Shown here: piece by piece, positions 56,368-64,000 of the stretch
Position numbering within the stretch: position 1 is the first letter of the stretch
How the letters are laid out: every line of letters begins with the position of its first letter
Origin: Nitrospirota bacterium
GTDB lineage: Bacteria > Nitrospirota > Nitrospiria > Nitrospirales > Nitrospiraceae
Assembly: GCA_963701855.1 (NCBI GenBank)
Contig: CAVPBK010000001.1
Coordinates: forward strand, 1 to 64,000
Length of the DNA: 64,000 nt
Reading direction: 5' to 3'
Notes under the pieces: model-generated
What the model was told of the DNA's origin: nothing
What the model saw: only the letters and a program-made list of their open reading frames with translations
The model's database searches: none
Position numbers and translations under genes: made by a program

Positions 56368-59052
56368 CTATGCAGAAGCTACCGCTTTATCAATAACAGA
56401 AAAGTCCCCGTCGGTTGGCATCCCAAATAGGCACCGTCCGCCGCTTCGGGACGCCCAGACTTGACCAACTGCCCGCTTTTCTTCAGCGTCCACAGCGTCG
56501 TACAGATGTTTCCCTTTGTATTCGACCGCAAGCACTCGCCCATCAGCAAGTTGGCAAAGGAAGTCTGGATAAAACCAGTCTGTTGAGGTTTGCAGCCGGA
56601 ATGATGTGGGCTTGCGAGGGAGGTTCCGAACCCAGAACTGCACTTGCGGCAAACCATCGAGGAACTGCGCGCACCGAAACTCCTCCGTGGTCTGACCATC
56701 GGCCGTCTTTTCGGACAGTTCTCCAGGCTTTGGCCCGAAATAGTGCTTTTGAAACTGAAAGCCCCCTTCATAGACACGGCTCGGCTCATAGCCCATCGTC
56801 TTGAAGTTGATCGTGCGCCCTTCGTCTACGGTCAGCGGCGAATCCGGGAGAAGCAACAACTGAAACGACGCCTTCCGCTCGCTCTCTCGATGACCCTGGA
56901 TACGTGCCGCAATCTCATCGCGGAGCCGAAAACGATCGAGCGCCAGAGTACTGACATCCGTCATACCCAACTTCGCCATGAGTCCTCTGATAACTTTTCT
57001 CAGAAACTCCGCCGACTCACCGGCTGGAATGTCCGGATGGTCAATTTCCCGGTCCAACCACGCGACCAGGCTTTCGAGCGACCATTCGTTCGCACCACCG
57101 AGTTGGAGCACTTGCTGATGCAACGTGCCGACAAAGTCCGCCTCCGGAGTTTCTCGGATCACGCTGATCTGCACCTCGCCTTTGACTCCGATGTCCACCA
57201 GCCCGGCTTTGCCGTAGGGACGCACAAGAGGACTATAGCCTGCTGGCAGCGAGGCATCTTTTTCGCTAAGCCTCCACGGGTGTTCGATCAGAAACGTACT
57301 CTCGAACTCGTAGGGAGTCCCGTTTTCGAGGACACAGAGCAGCGGCACGAGAAAGTCCAGTTGCCGCTCGTAAGGCGAGGGAACGCGTGTGGCCCCGGTG
57401 CCGCCGAACGCCTTCTCTGCCTCTCGCACAAGCGCGACCGCTTCCTCCACCTGAGTCTTGGCTTCGGGAGTCTTGACGCAGCTCTTCAGCCTTTCAATGT
57501 CGTCTCGATCGAGCGGGACCACGATGGTGATCTCGCCTGTGGCGGCATCGATTCGCACTTTCCCGGCAAGGGCCAATACCTGGATGGGTGCCGCCTTCGC
57601 ATCAATGGCACTCGGCGCCACCCGCACGGTTTGTGGCTGCACACCGAGCGGGAGAGTGCCTTGCGGAACCGGAATGATGATACGCTCGGTCTCTGCTGCC
57701 GTGAAACCGTTGTGCTCCAGCGCCTCGCGCAATTCCGCGAGCACATCCGTAATCGAATCCGATACTGAGAAGGCGTAGGCGCAATTGAGATCGGGATGCC
57801 GCTTCATCTGCGCGAGTGGCAGCCGGAGAATGCGTCCGACGATCTGCTCAATGGCGGTGGGCGACCGCGTCTCCTTGAGGCTGCACAACACATAGGCAAA
57901 GGGGCAATCCCATCCCTCTCGCAGCTTTTCGACCGTGATAATCACGCGTACCGGGCACTTCGGCGACGAAATATCCTTCACATCTTTCAACTCATCGAGC
58001 CTGCCGACTGAGATTTTCACCTCGTCCTTCGATAGGTTGAACTCGCGCACCAGCCGGTCGCGTAGCGGCTCACAGGCATCGACACGTTCAGCCTGGATCA
58101 AGAGAATAGGCCGGATATACTCGCTCGTCTGTTGTCCTTCGGCCACAGCCAGCCTTTCGAGATCGGCACGGAGCGTGACCGCCTCCGCCAGCAGTTGATC
58201 GCGCTGGCTCGGATGCCGCGTGATAACCCGTAGCGGCAGCTTCACCATCTGCGCGGTTTTTAATTCAGCCGCCGAGATGCGATGCAGCACGTTCGATGGA
58301 GTCTTTTCCCGTGCCGGCGTCGCCGTAAATTCAACGATGCACGATGGCAACACATCGCCGAGTGTAGAAAAGGATAAGTCGGTACGAGCGTTGTGCGCTT
58401 CGTCCACAATGACGATGGGCCGGCGCAGCCGCAGCATGTTCACGAGCGACGGCTTGGGTTTGCCGTCTGCTCCAGGCAACAGATCGGCCAGGCGTTCCAA
58501 TGATATGTTGAGCAAATGTTCTGCAAATGCGCCGTTCTGGTCATAGACCTTGCGCCCTGTCGTATCCTCGACACGGAACGATTGAATCGTCGCCACGATC
58601 ACAACCGTCTGCCCCTCCACGGTTGCGCGCGACAGACGCAACGCCTCCGCAATAGTCACCACTTCCACCGCGCCACATGCCAGTTCCAACGCGCGGCGAT
58701 AGGGATGGCGCGGATCGCGCAACGCATCGGCAGTCTGATCGAGAATGGTGTTACTAGGCACGAGCCACAATACGACGGCATGGTCGGCCCGCATGAAGTC
58801 GTGCAGGGCAAGACCTGCTGCATAACAGGCCAGCAGCGTCTTGCCGCCGCCTGTGGGCACTCGCAGACACACATACGGCATGCGCGACTCCAGTCCTGCA
58901 ACTGACACAGGAAAATAGGGCATCGCTTCCCCATACACTCGCCTCGTCACGTCCCGAAACGCCGAATCTGGATCGTAGGTGCGGGCAGCCACGCGAAAGA
59001 ACTCACGCAACGATTCGAGCACGCGCTCTTGATAGTCTTTCAGCGCAATCAC
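56368..59052 (-). CDS. res: Type III restriction enzyme Res subunit
   Basis: PTGGGKT, IVDEAH, EGWDCP, QIVGRILR, C-terminal PDF..VEYKG nuclease motif. Confidence 0.9.
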   Translation of the reverse strand: MIALKDYQERVLESLREFFRVAARTYDPDSAFRDVTRRVYGEAMPYFPVSVAGLESRMPYVCLRVPTGGGKTLLACYAAGLALHDFMRADHAVVLWLVPSNTILDQTADALRDPRHPYRRALELACGAVEVVTIAEALRLSRATVEGQTVVIVATIQSFRVEDTTGRKVYDQNGAFAEHLLNISLERLADLLPGADGKPKPSLVNMLRLRRPIVIVDEAHNARTDLSFSTLGDVLPSCIVEFTATPAREKTPSNVLHRISAAELKTAQMVKLPLRVITRHPSQRDQLLAEAVTLRADLERLAVAEGQQTSEYIRPILLIQAERVDACEPLRDRLVREFNLSKDEVKISVGRLDELKDVKDISSPKCPVRVIITVEKLREGWDCPFAYVLCSLKETRSPTAIEQIVGRILRLPLAQMKRHPDLNCAYAFSVSDSITDVLAELREALEHNGFTAAETERIIIPVPQGTLPLGVQPQTVRVAPSAIDAKAAPIQVLALAGKVRIDAATGEITIVVPLDRDDIERLKSCVKTPEAKTQVEEAVALVREAEKAFGGTGATRVPSPYERQLDFLVPLLCVLENGTPYEFESTFLIEHPWRLSEKDASLPAGYSPLVRPYGKAGLVDIGVKGEVQISVIRETPEADFVGTLHQQVLQLGGANEWSLESLVAWLDREIDHPDIPAGESAEFLRKVIRGLMAKLGMTDVSTLALDRFRLRDEIAARIQGHRESERKASFQLLLLPDSPLTVDEGRTINFKTMGYEPSRVYEGGFQFQKHYFGPKPGELSEKTADGQTTEEFRCAQFLDGLPQVQFWVRNLPRKPTSFRLQTSTDWFYPDFLCQLADGRVLAVEYKGKHLYDAVDAEEKRAVGQVWASRSGGRCLFGMPTDGDFSVIDKAVASA

Positions 59053-59648
59053 GGCTTGCCTTTCGACTGGAAGCCGATACGCCGCTTGGGATGATCCGGG
59101 AGAGGCTGAAGAAGCGGGAGCAACTTCTCATACAGATCCAACAGGGCCGAATCATGCTGAAGCAATGTACGGTCGATTTCGGCTAGACGCTTGAGAATAG
59201 CCTGGTTGGCGACAATGTGCTCGCGCAGGCGCACGAACGCGCGGATGACAAACACACTCATGTGTACCGCTCGGTCGCTGCGCAGAATGTTCGCTGCCAT
59301 GAGCGCGCCATGCTCAGTGAAGGCCCAGGGGCGAAATCGAGGGTCACGGTGCTTCTGGGAACCGGTCACAATTTGTGACCGGTTATCCGTATCCTCGTAA
59401 TCTACAAGGGTTTCCCGGTTTGAGGTCACAGTTTGTGACCTCAAGTTTGTGACCTCTGCAGTCGTCAATTGAAATGCAAAATCCTTGGGGAAGCGGCTGA
59501 CATTTCGTTTAACGGCTTGGTTGAAGACTTTCGTCGTCACCCCGTACAGCCGGGCCAAATCCGCGTCGAGAATGACGCGCTGATTCCTGACGACAAAAAT
59601 CAGCGGCTCCAGTGATTCATGGACAAGGGCGGGCTTGCGTGACGACAT
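59049..59648 (-). CDS. ORF6N-domain DNA-binding protein
   Basis: VILDADLARLYGV, NQAVKRN..RFPKDFAFQL, PWAFTEHGALM, RRIGF. Confidence 0.9.
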   Translation of the reverse strand: MSSRKPALVHESLEPLIFVVRNQRVILDADLARLYGVTTKVFNQAVKRNVSRFPKDFAFQLTTAEVTNLRSQTVTSNRETLVDYEDTDNRSQIVTGSQKHRDPRFRPWAFTEHGALMAANILRSDRAVHMSVFVIRAFVRLREHIVANQAILKRLAEIDRTLLQHDSALLDLYEKLLPLLQPLPDHPKRRIGFQSKGKP

Positions 59649-59651
59649 AGA

Positions 59652-61368
59652 TCAGCTCACCTTAATCTCGTAGGGTGTCTGCCGAACAAGAGTACGCTCC
59701 GCCTGGAGTCGATCCTTCCCCAGCAAGCACCCGGCACAATAGATCACTTTCTGACCATCGAACTTTGGCAGTTTCGCCAGCACCGAACGCGTCAGCACGT
59801 TGCCCCCGCCCGAGCTTTTGTCGCCGAGAATGCCATTGAACAACAAATAGATTCCCACGCCCCGGCACTCGCCGATGAACGGCGACTTCGTCACGCGCTC
59901 GCGCGGGAGCGGCTCGCCCGTTTCAGTGAAATAGACGTGGCGCGCAAGGTCGGCAAAACTCACAGTCTCGCGAATCTTCCCGCTCTCGCCGAACAAAGGC
60001 TCTCCCAACTCACAATAGCGGAAGCTGCCCCCAAGCCCTTCAACCTTCTCACCCTTCGCATTCTTGTAGCCTTCGGCGACACGACGCACACGTTCGGCCG
60101 TAATCTTACGAGCGATCGACTCCTTCATTTCAACGAGAATGAACCGGCGATCTTGCCGATCAACATGATTCAACTTCAGTACAGCATGACCCGTTGTTCC
60201 CGATCCAGCGAAGGAGTCCAAAATCAAGTCATCATCGGACGTTGTAAAGCTGAGGAGTTCCTCTATCAACTCCGTAGGCTTTGGGAAATCAAACGGTCGC
60301 TTATCATCAGGGAATATGTCTTTTATCTCATATGTTCCAATTCGCCCATCCAACTCGAAAAGACTTGCCAGCTTTGCACGGTAATCTTTCACGTATACTT
60401 TCAGTTCGATGATTTTGGATTCGTCATCACCGAACAGAACACGGTTTTGAGCGAGCAATCCATCGAGCGTTTCTTTTGGAAAACGGTAGCCCATAAGAGG
60501 CTGCACGCACGGACTACCTGTAACGGGGTGAAGCACATCGTAACGGTAACCTTCTTTACCGGGGTTATGAACACTCTGGCTCCCGGTATAAATACCGCCA
60601 TCATCAATGTATTTGTAGCGGTCGAACGGCCAAAGGTAATCTTTATTCTCCCTGAACCATTTGGTGTACTCCTTCTGCCGCTTGTCGGGGTCCGAATATT
60701 TCCTCACGAACTCGTCCCCGACTAGTCAGTAGCTTATCCTTCACAGCCAAATTGACTGACTTCCACTCGCGAGGGAGCTTTTCCTTGTTCCTTGCATAGC
60801 AGAGAACATACTCATGCTCGGTGGCAATGTTCGTTGGATTGTTATCGGTTGCGTTCTTCCAAACCAATGTTCCAATTCGATTCGTGGCGCCAAAGATTTC
60901 GTCGAACAAAAGGCGCAGGGTTGGCACCTCTATCTCGTCAATACTTGCAAAGATCACCCCATCTTGTCGCAAGAACTTCTGCAGTAAGGCGATACGTGGA
61001 TACATCATGCAGAGCCATTTATCGTGTCGTGACAGGTCTTCCGCTTCTTCTCCGACGACTTTGCCTAACCACTCACGAATTTCCGGGCTATTAACATTGT
61101 CGTTGTAAATCCACCCTGAGCGTTTTCCTTCGTCGTTCCTTTCGTCCACACCAGTGTTGTATGGAGGATCGATATAGATGCACTTCACCTGCCCGGCGTA
61201 ATACGGAAGCAGCGCCTTGAGCGCAACGAGGTTATCCCCCTGTACGATGAGATTCCCGTCGCCCGGCTCACCGCAGGCGAGATCCGGCACGTCTTTGAGC
61301 AGGTGAAACGGCACCTGGTGGTGATGATTCACCACCGCCTCTTTCCCGATCCAATTCAGTGTAGGCAT
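59652..61368 (-). pseudogene. mod: Type III R-M Mod subunit (beta-class amino-methyltransferase), frameshifted near 60720
   Basis: MPTLNWIGK start and IYIDPPY in the 5' part; FPKP and DSFAGSGTT in the 3' part, in another frame. Confidence 0.88.
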
Positions 61369-61582
61369 AGAGAGAAGCCCGCCAAAATTAACCGCCGAAG
61401 AATACCCCTTTACCCGCAAGAAATCACGCGGCCATTTGTGAGGGAGAGAGAAAAGACCCTGTACTGGGAAGACATGAGATGTGAAAAATAACACGCGAGA
61501 AGCGAGGCGGCTGATATCGTCTCCACTGGTGTGCATCAAGCAAGGCTACAGACGATCCCTCCAAGCTGCTTACCTCCTTCAC

Positions 61583-61790
61583 AGGGCAGCCTGGTTGATC
61601 CTCGATTGCGCGCGTCGAACGAGCACCTTCTGAGCGTGCGCGTTCCGCGAGCAGGAGGATGACCAGGCTGCCCATCCCATCCTTCCGAGGCCGCGCGTTG
61701 CGCGAGCACAGGAGATCAACAGGCCGCCCTCCCGCTCTCTATTCTGCGAACAAGAAGAGCAGCGGGGCCATTCCACACCCCTTCCAAGCT
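61583..61790 (+). repeat. Hairpin repeat family H, full plus partial copies
   Basis: GGGCAGCCTGGT...ACCAGGCTGCCC 12-bp stem (61584-61673), then CGCGCGTTGCGCGAGCACAGGAGATC, then TCCAAGCT. Confidence 0.85.
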
Positions 61791-61934
61791 TGGTTGGCTC
61801 TCTTTCAAAGAGTTCATCACGAGATGTATGGTTCTGATTGCGTTCTCGGTTTGTACCAGCTATATGATAGGAGCTTAACTAGAATCGCCTCCGTGCGGAG
61901 AACCAATAAATAATTCCGATGTCCGCTTCAACGT

Positions 61935-62405
61935 ATGCGCAACAATCCGGCAATTAATATACTTCGATGGGCCATCGCGGTTCCAGCAGGTATCATGCTG
62001 TGGTTCGCCGCGAACCATTCTATTGGAATGGCATTCGGCATTATCCATGGAGTTGAACGTGTCGAGGCCTTTTGGGAAGCGCCGGATATGGATGGGGTGC
62101 CGATTATCGGCACATACATTATATTTATCACAAGGACTATTGCCGCTGCTTCTCTTGTGAGTGCGATTATCTACATCGTACCGCGCTATCACAAGCAGGT
62201 CGCAATCATTGCCGCCTCTCTTGTATCCGCCGCCGCCGCAGGTTTCTTGGTTTTCGTATCGGTTCAAGTTGCGAATGAGGATCTCAGCATCGGTCCGGAT
62301 GGCTGGTACAAACAGATTCTGGACACGCTGAGCATTATTTTTGGCGCAATAGCCGGTGCATGGCTGGCAAATCAGAATCAGAGAAAAGAACGCAGGCGTA
62401 GTTAG
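61935..62405 (+). CDS. Hypothetical 4-TM membrane protein
   Basis: 156 aa, four hydrophobic segments, basic C-terminus. Confidence 0.65.
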   Translation: MRNNPAINILRWAIAVPAGIMLWFAANHSIGMAFGIIHGVERVEAFWEAPDMDGVPIIGTYIIFITRTIAAASLVSAIIYIVPRYHKQVAIIAASLVSAAAAGFLVFVSVQVANEDLSIGPDGWYKQILDTLSIIFGAIAGAWLANQNQRKERRRS

Positions 62406-62421
62406 CCCCCACAACAGCATC

Positions 62422-62556
62422 CAGCAAGATACTGGAAACGTCCGCCAGCCTGAGAAGACGGTTGTTTGGTTTCTTCTGGTTTGTCTGGTTATTTTGTTGA
62501 ACGAAAACTAACAGATGAACTAGATAAACGAGAAAGACCAGATGAATCAGAGCAAC
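62422..62556. repeat. 9-bp-period palindromic element P4 with IS-like left end
   Basis: CAGCAAGATACTGGAAACGTCCGCCAGC, then TCTGGTT-type and AACCAGA-type arms. Confidence 0.8.
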
Positions 62557-62603
62557 CTGTCCCGTCAGTTTCGGTCACCCCGTTATCGTGCCGGCCCCCA
62601 CAC

Positions 62604-63134
62604 TTACTTGTTCCTCATCCGCCCAGTTCCCGTTGTCCCCACCATGACGACCACCTTTGTCTGGGGAGAAAAAGCTTGCTCGACGCGTTGCTTTCCGTTG
62701 GTCGTGAGGATAACAATTCCGCTGTGACTCTCAATGCGCTGAAGAAAATGGGCCGTCTCCGCACTTGCGAATCGGTCATGGGCATCGGTGACTGTACCGC
62801 GCGCCCTAAACAGCGCGTCTACTTCATCGAAGAAGAGGATCGCGCCACTGGTTTCTGCTTTATCAAATACGTCGTTCAGATTCTTCTCCGTCTCGCCGAT
62901 GTATTGACTTACCACCGCCGACAAATCCACTCTGAACAAATCTGTTTGTAGGGATTCGGCCAACGTCTCGGCGGACTTCCTTCGGCGGAGCGCCGTGGAG
63001 CCTGACAGAACCAGGACCGCGACAGATGTCGCCTTGGACTTCTTTGCCCGGCGTACCGACCTTGCCTTCTTCTTCGCTGCTGCCTTCTTCACCGCGGTCT
63101 TCGGTCTCTTCCCTTTGATTACCTTAGCTGCCAT
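62604..63134 (-). CDS. Degenerate AAA+ ATPase domain fused to Lys/Ala-rich N-terminus
   Basis: VDLSAVVSQYIGETEKNL, ILFFDEVDALF, LQRIE..IVILTTN; Walker A absent. Confidence 0.75.
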   Translation of the reverse strand: MAAKVIKGKRPKTAVKKAAAKKKARSVRRAKKSKATSVAVLVLSGSTALRRRKSAETLAESLQTDLFRVDLSAVVSQYIGETEKNLNDVFDKAETSGAILFFDEVDALFRARGTVTDAHDRFASAETAHFLQRIESHSGIVILTTNGKQRVEQAFSPQTKVVVMVGTTGTGRMRNK

Positions 63135-63292
63135 TCTTTTCCACGCTTCTCTTAATACGTTGAACTCCCGCCCCCTCCAATGTCCTGCCGCCGCATTCAC
63201 TCCCGAATATGCAGGCGACGGCTTGCGGATCTTATCTGCAATTGATCACAATGACCAGCGACTTACCCTGCACATAGGAAAGACTTCTCCTG

Positions 63293-63631
63293 ATGATGCC
63301 AACGGCGCTGATCGAACAGGAGCTCGCGGCAGCCGAGGCCGCACGGCATGACAACAACGACGGAAAGGCGCGAGTCTGTGCCAGACGCGCCGTGGCCCTC
63401 GCTACCGAAGCGTGGTTGGCACAGTTCTCTATTCCACGATGGCGGGGGGATGCAATGGCCCATCTCAGGCAAATTCAGCAGGACGAGTCGTTCCCTCTTC
63501 TCATCCGCCAGGCGGCCGAGCGATTGAGCACCCCGGTAACCCGTCAGCACGCAGCCCCCTTCACGATAAACCCCATCGCCGACGCAAGACTCATCATTGC
63601 CTATCTCAGCAGCACCAAGGGTGGCGCGTGA
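63293..63631 (+). CDS. Hypothetical protein
   Basis: 112 aa helical ORF, GKARVCARRA; no function assigned. Confidence 0.6.
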   Translation: MMPTALIEQELAAAEAARHDNNDGKARVCARRAVALATEAWLAQFSIPRWRGDAMAHLRQIQQDESFPLLIRQAAERLSTPVTRQHAAPFTINPIADARLIIAYLSSTKGGA

Positions 63632-63649
63632 AACGCGAGGATCGACTGA

Positions 63650-63782
63650 TCTCTCTTGTTTATTTGGTCTGTGTTGTTTGTTTGGTTGCACGAGACTAAC
63701 CAGATGAACAAAACAAACCAGATGAACCAGATCAACCCGCCCCGCCCGCCTTGCGTGCTACAACAGCTTTTTTGCAGCCTGC
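63650..63782. repeat. 9-bp-period palindromic element P5 with IS-like right end
   Basis: TTTATTTGG-type arm, AACCAGATG-type arm, then CAGCTTTTTTGCAGCCTGC. Confidence 0.8.
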
Positions 63783-63794
63783 ACCCCTCTCTAA

Positions 63795-63820
63795 AGGGGA
63801 GTGGCTGAGGCTGCCCTTCA
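63795..63820 (+). repeat. Hairpin repeat family H, left-arm fragment
   Basis: AGGGGAGTGGCTGAGGCTGCCCTT matches left arms at 48621 and 51266. Confidence 0.7.
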
Positions 63821-64000
63821 CCATTTTTCTCGACCGGTGGAGACTTCTAAGATCCCTTCTGTAGGAACGTCCACCTTATCTGCTTCAAAAACCTCTCCCT
63901 GAAATCGTAAGGAATGAGGTCGATTTCCCGAATGATTTGAACTATCCTTGGGCCGGTTCAAAAAGGAATCATTCTGGCCCTCGGACTGTTGGCCGGACGT

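Noticed and set aside
52350..63737. Integron attC sites (a palindrome behind each gene)
   Set aside because: No consistent RYYYAAC/GTTRRRY core ends, no intI in the window, and the intervening genes differ in orientation and have their own promoters.
46335..63820. CRISPR array interpretation of the repeat clusters
   Set aside because: No identical 25-40-bp direct repeats with regular unique spacers, and no cas genes.
63900..64000. Gene start at the right edge
   Set aside because: The hydrophobic stretch follows an in-frame TGA and runs off the window; insufficient evidence.

Overview
Bacterial chromosomal window, roughly 55-57% GC by eye. Gene content and intergenic repeats suggest Nitrospira/Nitrospirota; this is an inference, as no rRNA marker is present. 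1-9.3 kb is accessory: a cfa-like methyltransferase plus FAD reductase pair (candidate mid-chain methyl-branched fatty acid synthesis), a tyrosine-integrase scar, a TVP38/DedA protein, a pentaheme cytochrome c and an arsM-arsR-arsS arsenosugar-type cluster. 9.3-39.2 kb is core: hflKC, fhs, M23 peptidase, cutA, tlyA-xseBA-ymdB-rny-6S RNA-zapAB, slt, rlmN, an M16 protease pair, larE, the F0 genes atpZBEF (atpF with a T8 frameshift), pabBC, nadB, an unannotated 31-aa bS22-like ribosomal protein and an MsbA-like ABC transporter. 39.2-64 kb is accessory again: pseudogenes, ndh, ada, a duplicated secreted-protein cassette, nhaP2, yqjG, rbgA, an RNase II-family gene, a type III R-M locus (frameshifted mod, ORF6N insert) and a Walker-A-less AAA protein. 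The least explained signal is non-coding and was seen only in the last 25 kb: (i) a ~95-nt hairpin family with a conserved core and co-varying outer stems, always on the + strand; (ii) five ~90-bp palindromes built from 9-bp units just behind stop codons, some bracketed by IS-like ends; (iii) a promoter-driven ~75-nt hairpin RNA ahead of a membrane-protein gene. No CRISPR array, tRNA or rRNA was seen. All calls come from reading motifs by eye; no database search was run.
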